A DNA stretch of 64,000 nucleotides from a virus: the IMG/VR virus record IMGVR_UViG_3300045988_122072, positions 1-64,000 of that record; one strand, given 5' to 3'. The notes under the pieces are model-generated. The model was not told the origin of the DNA, ran no database searches, and saw only the letters and a list, made by a program, of their open reading frames with translations. A program made the translations under genes and the position numbers. Positions 28,645-39,038 of this stretch are shown piece after piece; the stretch's first letter is position 1, and the number at the start of each line of letters is the position of its first letter.

Positions 28645-30366
28645 TTAATCTTTCTTAAATAAATTACCATAAGCAGAAGCCTTTTTATCTTCCTTCTTAC
28701 TAAAATTAAATCCAAGACTATGAGACTTCTTGTCCTTCGCAGCAAACTGTGCTTTCTTTACACTGGCAGCGAATAGCAAATCACACTTATTCTGAATCTC
28801 TTCAACAGAATACTTTTCGGAATCGTTCACAAGTGTCTTAAATTCATCAGACTCACGGATACTATCATATGCTTCATCTGCAAAAATAGCATCTTTTGCG
28901 GCTTTCTGCTCTGCGGCATCATAACTATCCTTAAATGTCTTAAGCTCATTATATTTTGCCTCAAGTTCAGCATAATCTCCACGTAGTTTGTCTACGGCTA
29001 TTTTTTCAGATTCAGTCAATAGCATCTGGAACACTTCTGTACGCTCACCATCAAGAGATACATTTTCTCCGTCAATAGCATAACCCTGTTTATAAAATTT
29101 TCCATTGCACCATCCCTGCATTATGAAGTAATTATCATAAACAGCATAAATTCCATACCATTCATTGTCTGCCTCTTCATATTCTCCAAGAAGATTATAA
29201 AGAGCATATCTGATATCCTCATGAGAAATTTCAATCTTAAAATTCTTTACAAAATTTTCACCCTTCTTCTTAGACTCATCATCTTCAGTAGAAGCGCCTT
29301 CACCATCTTCTGGATCTTCATCTTCGCTTGGTTCTGGTTCTGTTGGCTGTGGATCTGTAGTGCCTGTGCCTTCGCCATCGCCTTCACCAACGCTAGGATC
29401 TGTTTCTCCGGCATCACCAGTATCAGAACCCGCACCACCATCATCATCTGCATACTTCTTATTCTTAAATTCCTCAAATGCGACATCAAGCTCATCATCT
29501 GACATGTTTTCATAATCAAAATCCAGCTCTTCTGCAGTAAAATCATACTTCTCTAGAAGTTCCTCAAAATGATTCATTTCTCTTCTCACTCCCTTCTCTG
29601 TATTGTTTTTATTGAAATTAGACAATGTACTGTCAAGCTTGTCTAATATTTCAACCAATTTTTCTTGATAATTAAATACAGGCTCCTTTTGACAGAAATC
29701 TGCAATATCAGCTCTTGCGCCAAGCATTCCTTCGCCTATTTCATTACCATGTTCATCACAGCCTAATAAAGTGCAACCGCCGAAATAAAAATCTGTCAAA
29801 TCAAGATATTTCTCTTTGGCATTATAAGAAAGCTCATTGATAACCAATTCGCAGCTTACTTTTGTTCCATTCTTTCTACGAATGATATTCGCAGCTTCAG
29901 TATATTCTTCTGGAATAACAGCATATGCATTAACATATGTCTTATCCTTTTCTTCATCATACTCAAGATAAGGATCTTCTGCCGTAAAACAACCAACTTG
30001 CTTTTCTGTATAAACTATCTTTTCATCACCATTTTCATCTTCTTCAATTTCCATATTGTGAGCATAAAAATCATATGTTCCATCATCAAGTTGATGAATA
30101 TATGCTAAGACAGGTCTATATTTTAAAGTAGGCATAGCGGTCTCCATATTCTCTTTAGAAATATGACTTCCGTTTCTATTGGTTTCGGTGTGACAAACTT
30201 TAAATTTTAATTTAAGCATCCCAGGCATATAATTATCAGATACTTCAAAATTTGCAGGAGTAGAAACAACAATCGGGTTGCCTTTTTCTTTTGAACTAAA
30301 ATTAACAGACTTATTTTGTTCTACAAAGAACTGATATAAATTATCAAGCGTTAAAATTTTATGCAT
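28645..30366 (-). CDS. Prohead protease-like / scaffold-like fusion protein
   Basis: 573 aa. The N-terminal part (RPVLAYIHQ.., TKVSCELVI) is loosely reminiscent of HK97-type prohead protease. A central highly acidic tract reads DDDGGAGSDTGDAGETDPSVGEGDGEG..EDEDPEDGEG. The C-terminus looks coiled-coil. It lies between the portal and capsid genes. Confidence 0.45.
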   Translation of the reverse strand: MHKILTLDNLYQFFVEQNKSVNFSSKEKGNPIVVSTPANFEVSDNYMPGMLKLKFKVCHTETNRNGSHISKENMETAMPTLKYRPVLAYIHQLDDGTYDFYAHNMEIEEDENGDEKIVYTEKQVGCFTAEDPYLEYDEEKDKTYVNAYAVIPEEYTEAANIIRRKNGTKVSCELVINELSYNAKEKYLDLTDFYFGGCTLLGCDEHGNEIGEGMLGARADIADFCQKEPVFNYQEKLVEILDKLDSTLSNFNKNNTEKGVRREMNHFEELLEKYDFTAEELDFDYENMSDDELDVAFEEFKNKKYADDDGGAGSDTGDAGETDPSVGEGDGEGTGTTDPQPTEPEPSEDEDPEDGEGASTEDDESKKKGENFVKNFKIEISHEDIRYALYNLLGEYEEADNEWYGIYAVYDNYFIMQGWCNGKFYKQGYAIDGENVSLDGERTEVFQMLLTESEKIAVDKLRGDYAELEAKYNELKTFKDSYDAAEQKAAKDAIFADEAYDSIRESDEFKTLVNDSEKYSVEEIQNKCDLLFAASVKKAQFAAKDKKSHSLGFNFSKKEDKKASAYGNLFKKD

Positions 30367-30414
30367 GTAATTTCCTCCTTTCTTGCAGAATAACTATAAA
30401 CTCTAAAAAAGAGA

Positions 30415-30591
30415 TTACAGACATAAAATATTAGTAAATGCTATCTTCTTGCCATATTCAGCAAAATTAAAATTCGTAGGCGCATTTATAAATACCCACG
30501 AATCATTTGTCTTATTTACCAGTTTAAAGATGGAAGCAAGTTTCTTTGCCACTTCTGGATCTTTTGTAACAATAAATTTTTTAGTATTCAT
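30415..30591 (-). CDS. Small hypothetical protein (58 aa, below the ORF-track cutoff)
   Basis: ATG 30591 lies 6 nt after GGAGGA. MNTKKFIVTKDPEVAKKLASIFKLVNKTNDSWVFINAP.. The stop is TAA at 30415-30417. Confidence 0.55.
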   Translation of the reverse strand: MNTKKFIVTKDPEVAKKLASIFKLVNKTNDSWVFINAPTNFNFAEYGKKIAFTNILCL

Positions 30592-30603
30592 GGCAGCTCC
30601 TCC

Positions 30604-32148
30604 TTACTTTACATTCTTTTCGCCATCTCTTGTAGCTTGACCTTCGTCACTTAATGGCTCATCACTTGTCGGTCTACCATCAGAACCATCTCCGTTTTCT
30701 GACAATCCGCTCTGCACATTGCTAGATACCAACGGAGCAACCCACTTCGTCCTTGCTAATCCAAGTTTATCTTCTAGATACTCTAAAGAACGGCACTGAG
30801 CAGGGTTAATTCCTAATAATGATGCCATTTGCATTTTAACTGGTAAGCCATATTGCCCCAACTTTAATAATTGGTCAATTTTGTCATCCTTAAAATATTT
30901 ACTAACATCAGAAAATTCAACAATTACATCTTCTATGCTAAGATTCTGTTTAATATAAAAATTAATCCATACATTGAACTGATTCACGACAGCCATAGCC
31001 GTCATACTCTCTGCCATCATAGCAAATTTAAAACTTGTGCTGTTAGTAATCTTATTAGAATTTAAAACAATATCACCATTGGCTTCAATAAGGTTTTGAT
31101 ATGCCTTATTAACAACATTAGTATCCTCAGCGGCATTTTGATTAAAATCAATACTATCCAAATCCATTGGAGATAGACCAATAGCAATACCTTCTGGAAT
31201 GATACCTAATAACTTTTCATAAAACTGATTTGCAAGCTCCAAATCTATAGCAAAATCATCTACTTCTTTCGAACCAGAAATAGTAGGGATCTTTGCCCAA
31301 ATTAATTTATAAGCACTTAACTCATCCTTAACCGCCTGAATTTGAGATAAATCAACAAGATCAATTAAAGAGTTGAACATCCCTGAAAATGGTGGTACAG
31401 GATAAGCCAAATTATCTTCATTAATCTTTAAACAAAAAGTTTGTTCTGGAGGTAACTCCTGCCAACGTAACTTACTATCAGATTTATAAGAATTATACAT
31501 CTTCTTAAAAACGGGATCATACACGTCAAGATAAAAACTATTAGAACCATCAAAAAATGAAAAGTTAAATGCAAAATTTATTTTTCCGCTATAATAATCC
31601 ACGCTTGAAATTTTACAATAATCAGGATCTAATATATGTATAAAAAACATATCTTCTTCTGGATTACCGTAACAGAATCCAAATACAACATCATCCAGCC
31701 ATGCTTTAATTAAACATTTACGAATTTGTGTGTCTAAATGCATCCCTTGAACATAATTGCTTGTCTTAATATAATTTTGATAAGAAGATTCTTCAACCTC
31801 ACCATTATCATTTAATTTAGGATAAACAATATAACTTTTTGCATCAAATTGATTGGCCTTATTTAATACCAACCTTCTATATACATGACTAACGGTATAT
31901 AAAAATTCAGATAAATTCCTTAAATTTTTCTGATTGGCTTCCGTGGAAGGATTCTGAAGATAGCTTCTAAGATTGTCCTTAGAATATACCGTATAAGACC
32001 TAGATTGATTCTGAGTTAGATCAATTAACTGCAAAATATCTTTAACTGCAGCAAATCTCGCTCTGGCTTTTTCGTCTTTTTGGAGAGCCGCTATGCGCTC
32101 TTGTTCTGTTAGCTCTTTCTTTTTCTGTTCAAAACTTTCCAAAGGCAT
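30604..32148 (-). CDS. Portal protein (by position and size)
   Basis: 514 aa, immediately downstream of the large terminase; GGAGG SD; no specific motif verified. Confidence 0.6.
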   Translation of the reverse strand: MPLESFEQKKKELTEQERIAALQKDEKARARFAAVKDILQLIDLTQNQSRSYTVYSKDNLRSYLQNPSTEANQKNLRNLSEFLYTVSHVYRRLVLNKANQFDAKSYIVYPKLNDNGEVEESSYQNYIKTSNYVQGMHLDTQIRKCLIKAWLDDVVFGFCYGNPEEDMFFIHILDPDYCKISSVDYYSGKINFAFNFSFFDGSNSFYLDVYDPVFKKMYNSYKSDSKLRWQELPPEQTFCLKINEDNLAYPVPPFSGMFNSLIDLVDLSQIQAVKDELSAYKLIWAKIPTISGSKEVDDFAIDLELANQFYEKLLGIIPEGIAIGLSPMDLDSIDFNQNAAEDTNVVNKAYQNLIEANGDIVLNSNKITNSTSFKFAMMAESMTAMAVVNQFNVWINFYIKQNLSIEDVIVEFSDVSKYFKDDKIDQLLKLGQYGLPVKMQMASLLGINPAQCRSLEYLEDKLGLARTKWVAPLVSSNVQSGLSENGDGSDGRPTSDEPLSDEGQATRDGEKNVK

Positions 32149-32160
32149 CGGCCTCCTTTC

Positions 32161-34209
32161 TTATCCAAATATTTTTTCAATTTGTTTGCGTGGAGTAACA
32201 GGTAGCATGTCTATAAGTTTATAATTTGTTGTACGTTTTTTATTACGAATACGCTCTGCACGTTTTTCTGAAAGTGCCCATGCACATAACGCCGCACAAT
32301 AGCTTCTATCGTCGTGCAACTTATTTGCTTTTTCTGGTATTAAGTCAAAAGAGTCTTTCCCAGAATCTCTTTTTTTACGAACCATATTCACCATTTCTTC
32401 TTTCATTGCATCAATATTTTTCAGTGCAATTTCTTGATATGGATCAAGTTTTACAATTTTTGTTTTAATACAAGAAGATTTTTTCATTTCTTCTTCGACC
32501 TTTTGAGCAAATTCTATTTCTGGAATGTTTTGCTTTTTCAGTTCTTCAGAAATGCGTTTCTTCTCTGAATTATATAATTTATCATCGACCTCAAATAACG
32601 TTAAATAGCCCTTATTATCATAATCATTCGTGAAACTAATGCAATCAAGATTCATCATTTCAATAAGTGCTTCATATATAATCGACTTATATTGAGTAGG
32701 GGAGACAAGCTTTAATTTATTAATAGCATTAGGATATTTACTAACATAATCAGCGCTATATTCCTTATCTATTAAGCCTCTATGTTTATTTCCCTTATCA
32801 TCTACCCAATCTTCCATCAGATAGTCAGCAATATTTACGCCGCCACCACCAGAACCAGCATCTATTAAAATTGCTTCTATGTTTTCATAATCTGGAGCGT
32901 TTCCATTATAATCCAATATAAGTTCTTTTAAATATTTAATCTGATCTGGTGTCTGCATTGGGCTTTTACGTTTTTTACCAACATCTAATAAATTAACACA
33001 ATTTACAATACGCCCTTTATAATTACCATGTTCGTCAACATAAAGTTCCATTATAAGAATAACGCTATTATCTCTGGAACGAGCAGGGTCATATGCAAAT
33101 ATAAATTTCTTTTTACCCGTATCATTATATAACAACGGGACACGAGTTTCGCTATTACGAGCAATAGTGCCGCGCTTAATAATAGCATTTAGCCCAGCAT
33201 CGGTAGTAAATTCACAATAATACTCACGACGTGCCTTTTCTGGGTTCGTTGCCATTTCGGTTTCAACTGTACTACGCATAAGCAAAGGAGCGATAACCTT
33301 ACCATGCATAGTCGGTTTAAAAGCAACCTCACAATCTATATGAGCAACAAAATAATCTTGGTCTCCCATAAGTTGTCGCTTAGCAAATTCTCTATATAAG
33401 CGATAAAATTCAGTATCAGTACTCGATGCTGAACTAATATAAAATTTTTGGTTTGGAATATTTGTAGGAAATGTACGAAGTCTAATTGGGTCAATAAGAT
33501 TGCCATCTCTGTCTTTACCAGTTTTAAAGCTTTTATTGACAATAGCAAATGCGCCATAAACCTTCATCATTTCTGCCGACAAGAAACCAGATTCATCAAA
33601 TATTACAGTTCCACGCATACCTCTCTTGGCGTCTATATTACTATTTAAAGTTTGAGTCATTGAACCATTATATAAAGAATACGTAAAACCATTGCTTGAA
33701 TGACTGAATCCATCTCCTGCAGCATTTTTAATTTCAACTTCGTGCTTAAAAATATATCCAGTTGAACCAACCATTTCATCAATATTGTCATTTGCCAGAC
33801 GTTCGAGCGTTGTAAATGTTTGTTCAGCCTGTCCGCCTGATCCTGACGCTATATAACTCCAAAAGTTATTGAATAACATACCTTTAGACATAAGAATTAA
33901 ATCAATTACCGTAGATTTTCCTAATCCACGAGTTGCCACAACAAGAACATTTGGGCAATTCCAAGACCTTTGAACTATCCATGCTTGTGCATCAATTAAT
34001 TCTATACCGAAAAAATCACTTATAAATCTAACAGGATTACATTGATAATATTTTTGTAATTCTGCAATTTTTATAAGTGATTCTATTTTACGAGTTGACA
34101 TTGCATATACACCGGGTTTTACATACACAGTGTTACTTTCATTCATTATATCCGAAAGATATCTGTCATTCATTTCATCAATTATTTTGATCTTCATCTG
34201 ACTGCTCAT
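32161..34209 (-). CDS. terL: Terminase large subunit
   Basis: Walker A-like VVATRGLGKST. Walker B-like VIFDESGF. C-terminal nuclease-like acidic motifs (AYDPARSRDNSV, ILIDAGSGGGG). ATG 34209 lies about 9 nt after GGAGG. Confidence 0.8.
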   Translation of the reverse strand: MSSQMKIKIIDEMNDRYLSDIMNESNTVYVKPGVYAMSTRKIESLIKIAELQKYYQCNPVRFISDFFGIELIDAQAWIVQRSWNCPNVLVVATRGLGKSTVIDLILMSKGMLFNNFWSYIASGSGGQAEQTFTTLERLANDNIDEMVGSTGYIFKHEVEIKNAAGDGFSHSSNGFTYSLYNGSMTQTLNSNIDAKRGMRGTVIFDESGFLSAEMMKVYGAFAIVNKSFKTGKDRDGNLIDPIRLRTFPTNIPNQKFYISSASSTDTEFYRLYREFAKRQLMGDQDYFVAHIDCEVAFKPTMHGKVIAPLLMRSTVETEMATNPEKARREYYCEFTTDAGLNAIIKRGTIARNSETRVPLLYNDTGKKKFIFAYDPARSRDNSVILIMELYVDEHGNYKGRIVNCVNLLDVGKKRKSPMQTPDQIKYLKELILDYNGNAPDYENIEAILIDAGSGGGGVNIADYLMEDWVDDKGNKHRGLIDKEYSADYVSKYPNAINKLKLVSPTQYKSIIYEALIEMMNLDCISFTNDYDNKGYLTLFEVDDKLYNSEKKRISEELKKQNIPEIEFAQKVEEEMKKSSCIKTKIVKLDPYQEIALKNIDAMKEEMVNMVRKKRDSGKDSFDLIPEKANKLHDDRSYCAALCAWALSEKRAERIRNKKRTTNYKLIDMLPVTPRKQIEKIFG

Positions 34210-35449
34210 TTTCGGATACCTCCTCGTCAACAGGTTCTATTTCACTAAGAGGGGAGAAGAGTTCATTTAAATTGATAAGATTCTCTTGCGGCAATAAATC
34301 ATGCTCAGACAGCGTATCTTTCAAATCTAAATTTTCTCTCAATAAAATCCTACATATCTCTTTATAATTTTCTCTTTCGCTAGTAAGTTGAGTTACAAGT
34401 TTTCTTTGCTCTGCGACAATATCAGAATATTCAGATTCATCAAGAGCAAGTTGCTTTAAAATAGAAGCATTGCTCAAATCCATAACCTGTTGCATGCCTT
34501 TACATGTTGCAATGTCAAATCCGTTGACTTCTCCCTCACGGAGATTTAATTCTTTAATTTTCTTAATTTTACCAGTCCAAGTATTTTCGCCCTTACTCTG
34601 ATTTTTATTATGTTTTAAACTTAAACAAGATTGTTCTGCCAACAAAGAAACAGTAGAGGCTACATTTTTCTTAGAATCTAAATAAGATTTAATTTCACCA
34701 GATTTATTGGAAACATTTGGAGAAGACATAGCTTTAGCAATCATATCATCTAATTTTGCTTGTTGTAAAAAACCACGAACAATAGTAATTGCGGAAGAGG
34801 TTCTCATCATGTCATCATTTTCTCCACTTGCATCCAAATATCCAATCAACTGAGAGTAGAGTAGTGGTTTATCTTCTTCTTGTTCATGCTCAAAAGGATC
34901 ATATCCAAGTAATCTAACAACGTCTACACGGTTCTTTTCATACTCTTCATTGATTTCTTGATTTTTTGGGCGTTGGTCTTCTGATAATTCCTTACCAATA
35001 TCTTGTTTAGCTTGCTTAATTGCTTCCTCTTTATAATTTGCAAATAAATCTCCATCACGCCAACGCATTGTCTTATATTGTGGCATACTAATATTTTTAA
35101 TATATGCCGCCCATATATTGCTACGTTGCTTTGGATTTTTATCATTTATATACTCAAAATAACTAGAATTCCAAATATTTTCGAGGAAGGGTTTATCAAG
35201 ACGTTCAAGTGCTTCTTGGACGGACGCCTTCGTACAATCGCCATATGTCTTAGTCCTAGCGTTATAATTTCTTGCAATTTTTTCCGCACAGTCCTTACAC
35301 ATTACCGTTTTGCCAGTCATCACAAGTGGGTCAGAGCTCATATAAAAATCTCCAGCTTTTTTAATGGTATTACAATATGGGCATAAGTATTTTTCAATTT
35401 GACAAGCCTTAGAAGTTGCCTTTCTACCCGCACTTTTACCTGTTGCCAT
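34178..35449 (-). CDS. Hypothetical protein upstream of terL (possible small terminase / packaging accessory)
   Basis: About 423 aa. N-terminal Zn-ribbon CPYCN..CKDC. Acidic C-terminus. Function assigned by position only. Confidence 0.35.
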   Translation of the reverse strand: MATGKSAGRKATSKACQIEKYLCPYCNTIKKAGDFYMSSDPLVMTGKTVMCKDCAEKIARNYNARTKTYGDCTKASVQEALERLDKPFLENIWNSSYFEYINDKNPKQRSNIWAAYIKNISMPQYKTMRWRDGDLFANYKEEAIKQAKQDIGKELSEDQRPKNQEINEEYEKNRVDVVRLLGYDPFEHEQEEDKPLLYSQLIGYLDASGENDDMMRTSSAITIVRGFLQQAKLDDMIAKAMSSPNVSNKSGEIKSYLDSKKNVASTVSLLAEQSCLSLKHNKNQSKGENTWTGKIKKIKELNLREGEVNGFDIATCKGMQQVMDLSNASILKQLALDESEYSDIVAEQRKLVTQLTSERENYKEICRILLRENLDLKDTLSEHDLLPQENLINLNELFSPLSEIEPVDEEVSENEQSDEDQNN

Positions 35450-35495
35450 CACTCTTCCTCCCTTCTACTTAGCATTTTGTAACGAATATTATATA

Positions 35496-35723
35496 TTATT
35501 CCGTACAAATCTCAACGGATTCATCAGTTGCCTGTTTCTTAAGACTGTCATTCAGCTCTGCAAACGCAGCCTCGAAAGCCTCATCACGTTTAAAAACAAA
35601 AATAGTCTTATCTGGATTTTCTTTAGACTGCTTAATATCTGCAATGGTACATCCAGCGCGTAGTAAACGTCTGGCGCATCCGGGGTTAAAAACTAGCTTA
35701 AAATTCTTTTTAATATCTTCCAT
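35496..35723 (-). CDS. Small hypothetical protein
   Basis: ATG 35723 follows AAGGAG. MEDIKKNFKLVFNPGCARRLLRAGCTIADIKQSKENPDKTIFVFKRD. Confidence 0.6.
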   Translation of the reverse strand: MEDIKKNFKLVFNPGCARRLLRAGCTIADIKQSKENPDKTIFVFKRDEAFEAAFAELNDSLKKQATDESVEICTE

Positions 35724-35760
35724 TTTATTATGTTCTCCTTTATTTTTTCTTGTTTTCAAT

Positions 35761-35792
35761 ATAAAAGCGGCAGTAATTATATATTACTGCCG
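35761..35792 (-). terminator. Hairpin terminator (possibly bidirectional)
   Basis: A roughly 10-bp palindromic stem CGGCAGTAAT-(TATA)-ATTACTGCCG spans 35767-35792, flanked by A- and T-rich runs, right after the stop of 35798-36994. Confidence 0.55.
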
Positions 35793-35797
35793 TTTTA

Positions 35798-36994
35798 TTA
35801 AAGTTTTATATTATATTCTACGACGTTTCCTTTGCCTTTCTCTAAAACGAATAGGGTAGCACCAGGATCAGACGCTTTATTTAAAGATAACGAATAATCA
35901 TCAACACCTATAATGCTAGGAACACTAATAATATCAGATTCAATTCCGACATTGCTACTTGACTTATGATGCTTGTGTCCACCAATTAAATAATCAATAT
36001 GTACCTTATAAATTCTAGAAAAGTCTTTAATCGCTTGTTCAAGGGACTTTCCTTCACCATGATACCCAAAAATATTATATCCGGCAATTTGATCAAATAC
36101 ATAGCCAGTAGGATTCTGAATGAATTCAAAATTAGGATTATCTCCAAGTCTATCCATAAGCTTATCTGTAATAATATATGATACATTTTCATCCTTGAAT
36201 GTATTTTTAGGTTGTCCCAACATCCTAAGTTGACAATGATTAGAATCTTTCACCATTTGATATCTAACTTTTACATACTTGGTTAATTCATTTAACCACT
36301 CTGTAATAAAACGTCCATATCTCGCGGTGCTTTCGATAACTCCATATCTTAATTTCATAAGTGCAGAGACTCTTAAACATCCCTCAATTTCGTCGCCAAG
36401 ATCATAAACATTTAGTATATCAAAGCCTTCTTTATTACAAATCTGAAGAACTTGATTAAGTAAATTCCACATTCTTTTTTCAAAAATTTCAGGAGAATAT
36501 TCATTTAAAATTTCCCCAAAAAGTCCTTGAATACATAAATCTTTCCCATAATGAGGATCTGCAAAAACTAAGTTTCCAAACCTTGTATTATATTTTGGCT
36601 CAATGACACGAGGAATATCTAGCTTTGGCATTTCTCTAATTGCCTCGGCAATATGTTCTGCGATAAGTTCTTCTCTTGCTTCTTCTCTAAGCCATCTATT
36701 ATATTCCACTTTTTCTGTCTGCAGCTTTTTACGTTCCTTTTCAATGCCTTTACGTTCAGAACGAATTTTTTCAAGATATTCATCTTCTGTAAAAAATGCA
36801 CCTTCATTTGCTTCCATCATTTTATTAAAACTCTGCACTTTTTTTCTATATGCACTCTCACCGTAGTTATATCCAAGAGATTCATTTAATATGTCTGCAA
36901 TATTTTGCCACGTCCATCCTTGTGACTCTTTCATGGAGCATATGCGCAGTATATATTGCTCTTCGTTTTCATTACTTAATTTATCATAACTCAT
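35798..36994 (-). CDS. Calcineurin-like metallophosphoesterase with N-terminal HTH-like region
   Basis: Motifs FADPHYG, VYDLGDEIEG, KDSNHCQ, GYHGEG and GGHKHH, in the canonical order of the Mre11/SbcD-type phosphoesterase fold. Confidence 0.75.
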   Translation of the reverse strand: MSYDKLSNENEEQYILRICSMKESQGWTWQNIADILNESLGYNYGESAYRKKVQSFNKMMEANEGAFFTEDEYLEKIRSERKGIEKERKKLQTEKVEYNRWLREEAREELIAEHIAEAIREMPKLDIPRVIEPKYNTRFGNLVFADPHYGKDLCIQGLFGEILNEYSPEIFEKRMWNLLNQVLQICNKEGFDILNVYDLGDEIEGCLRVSALMKLRYGVIESTARYGRFITEWLNELTKYVKVRYQMVKDSNHCQLRMLGQPKNTFKDENVSYIITDKLMDRLGDNPNFEFIQNPTGYVFDQIAGYNIFGYHGEGKSLEQAIKDFSRIYKVHIDYLIGGHKHHKSSSNVGIESDIISVPSIIGVDDYSLSLNKASDPGATLFVLEKGKGNVVEYNIKL

Positions 36995-37006
36995 AAAACC
37001 ACCCCA

Positions 37007-37312
37007 TTATTCACCATTAATTCTATATCTAAATGGCTGGCTAAATTTAGCATATGGGATGACTCTTTCTGGTGCCATCAAAGTTGTATTATCATGTGGG
37101 TTTCTTACTTCACGCGGAGCAACTCTACGAGCACCAATTGTAACACCGGGAATTAACTTCATCTCAGCATTTTCATCAAAGTTTGCTTCCTGCATAACGT
37201 CCGTAACTAGCGCCTCTAAAGCAGTCAGAAACTCTTCAATATTATACTTATAAAAGCCTGTACGGTCTGCGAGTTCATTAATTATATCTTGCTTTTTTAG
37301 TATTTTATTCAT
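37007..37312 (-). CDS. HU/IHF-family DNA-binding protein
   Basis: 101 aa. The helical N-terminus and the arm region GARRVAPREVRNPHDNTTLMAPERVIPYAKFS fit the HU/IHF beta-arm pattern. Confidence 0.7.
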   Translation of the reverse strand: MNKILKKQDIINELADRTGFYKYNIEEFLTALEALVTDVMQEANFDENAEMKLIPGVTIGARRVAPREVRNPHDNTTLMAPERVIPYAKFSQPFRYRINGE

Positions 37313-37336
37313 TTTTTGTTCCTCCTAATTTGTATT

Positions 37337-37525
37337 TTATTCATAATCCTCATCATACGAAATAGACATAGATACTGGCTTTTCTAGAAAATCTACAAAC
37401 AATCTAGATAATTCAATAAATTCACCAGTATCAGGGTTCTCAATACCAATAATGCCATCCTCGTCTAATCCAAGCACTCCCTTTGCAGAGAGTTTATAAT
37501 TCTTATTAATACTTGCCTTTGCCAT
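37337..37525 (-). CDS. Small hypothetical protein
   Basis: 62 aa; GGAGG SD. Confidence 0.65.
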   Translation of the reverse strand: MAKASINKNYKLSAKGVLGLDEDGIIGIENPDTGEFIELSRLFVDFLEKPVSMSISYDEDYE

Positions 37526-37541
37526 ATTATGTTCCTCCTAA

Positions 37542-38252
37542 TCATTCAAGTTCGTCGGCTTTTGTTGAAACAATACCTCTATGATTGGTCGTTAAATGAC
37601 AAATCTGTGCATATGGTTCATCTTTGAAATGTTCAATATATTTAACAAAACCACTATTTTCTGGATGGTGGTACAAATCACATTGTCCACTATGTCCGAT
37701 TACAATAGTTTTAGAAGTATCAGAAATTCTTGTTAAAACCTTTTTTAATTCATCTGTATACATATTTTGTGATTCTTCAATAATAACAACTTTATTTTCT
37801 AAATTGCATCCTCTTAGATAAACATGAGAAATGCAATCAATATATCCAGTTCCATTCTTTTGATTTTCTACTCCTTCTTGGATGACAGAAGTAAATGGAT
37901 TAATTCCAAGCTTCGCAAGTGCATCATATAATGGAGTAGTGTAAATAGATACTTTTTCATCAGCGCTACCCGGAAGAAATCCAAGTTTTTCTTCCTGAAC
38001 AGGGCTAACTATATACACGATGCCATCATACTCGCCATGTTGCACTAAAAGATTTGCAGCAGCTACAGCCATTAACGTCTTGCCTGTACCAGCTCTCGCG
38101 TTCGCAAATACGATTAATTTATCTGGATTCAAAATGGCATTTACAAATTCCTTTTGCTCGTTATCTAATTTAAGACCATAAAAAGGGTGCCCTTCAACAG
38201 TTTTTGGGGCGTCCCCGTACTCATTTGTAACAGTCTTTTTCTTTGTAGCCAT
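37542..38252 (-). CDS. phoH: PhoH-like ATPase
   Basis: Walker A ARAGTGKT. VVIIEESQNMY..LTRISDTSKTIVIGHSGQCDL matches the PhoH IvDEaQN..TRig..sk.v.tGD..Q.DL pattern. Confidence 0.8.
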   Translation of the reverse strand: MATKKKTVTNEYGDAPKTVEGHPFYGLKLDNEQKEFVNAILNPDKLIVFANARAGTGKTLMAVAAANLLVQHGEYDGIVYIVSPVQEEKLGFLPGSADEKVSIYTTPLYDALAKLGINPFTSVIQEGVENQKNGTGYIDCISHVYLRGCNLENKVVIIEESQNMYTDELKKVLTRISDTSKTIVIGHSGQCDLYHHPENSGFVKYIEHFKDEPYAQICHLTTNHRGIVSTKADELE

Positions 38253-38266
38253 ATAGTCCCTCCAAA

Positions 38267-38881
38267 TTATAGAATTTCATCAATATCTTTAATAATTCCA
38301 TCAACCATGCCAAGAGTAACAGCCTCTTCACATGTGATATACCATTCTGTACTCTTTTTTTTATTAAAAGTCTTAGAGTCAATGGATGTTTTATCTAAAA
38401 TATAATTTCTCATCTTGTCAACAAGGGCTTTATATTGTTTCATTTGCTCAGTTGTTTGCTCAAATGAACCACCACAGCCACCACTTCCGCTATGAAGCAA
38501 ATAATTAGTATTTGGCATAGCAAAACGCTTATGTCCAGATAATGCAATTAAACATGCTGCGGAATATGCCCATCCCATATTAACAGTTATAATTGGTGTC
38601 TTACTGGTTTCTACAAGTCCAACAAAAGACAATGTATCTTCTAATGTACCGCCAGGAGAATTAATAAATATCTTAATTGGCTTTCTATCCTCTGGTGGAG
38701 TACCTTTGTCTTCTCTGTTCCAATTCATAATCAGCTTTGATGCTTCAAATAGACTTTCATCAATTTCGCCCTCGATCCAAATACTACGATTTTCTACATC
38801 CTTATAGAACTGTAGGAGTTCTGGGTTTGGCAACGAAAGATTCTCAATTGAATTTGGAATTGCGATTGCTAATTGTTCCAT
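38267..38881 (-). CDS. clpP: ClpP-family serine protease
   Basis: IFINSPGGTLEDTLSFVGL..TVNMGWAYSAACLIALSG..NTNYLLHSG fits the ClpP (S14) Ser/His context. Confidence 0.75.
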   Translation of the reverse strand: MEQLAIAIPNSIENLSLPNPELLQFYKDVENRSIWIEGEIDESLFEASKLIMNWNREDKGTPPEDRKPIKIFINSPGGTLEDTLSFVGLVETSKTPIITVNMGWAYSAACLIALSGHKRFAMPNTNYLLHSGSGGCGGSFEQTTEQMKQYKALVDKMRNYILDKTSIDSKTFNKKKSTEWYITCEEAVTLGMVDGIIKDIDEIL

Positions 38882-38978
38882 GTTTTGTACCTCCCTGTTG
38901 TGTGTTTTATTTAATAAAATATAAGCTTTTTTCTTATATCATTACTATTTTGTTCTAACTTTAGTTTACTGAAATGCC

Positions 38979-39007
38979 AAAAATGCAAGAGAATTCCTTG
39001 CATTTTT
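38979..39007 (-). terminator. Bidirectional rho-independent terminator
   Basis: AAAAATGCAAG-7 nt-CTTGCATTTTT: a perfect 11-bp stem including the A/T tracts, after the stop of the GIY-YIG gene. Confidence 0.7.
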
Positions 39008-39012
39008 GACAT

Positions 39013-39021
39013 TAATTTTGT
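39013..39021 (-). promoter_or_regulatory. ACAAAATTA box
   Basis: An exact 9-mer lies between the inverted TTGACA/TGTCAA pair (39005-39029), immediately upstream of the terminator hairpin. Confidence 0.35.
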
Positions 39022-39038
39022 GTTGTCAAATTAACAAA

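Noticed and set aside
30449-30640. 63-aa plus-strand ORF between the portal and scaffold genes
   Set aside because: It is on the wrong strand for the operon and has no SD. A 58-aa minus-strand ORF (30415-30591) with GGAGGA fits better.
39005-39029. The inverted TTGACA..TGTCAA pair as a divergent promoter
   Set aside because: Neither orientation has an acceptable -10 hexamer at 16-18 nt. It is kept only as the context of an ACAAAATTA box next to the terminator.
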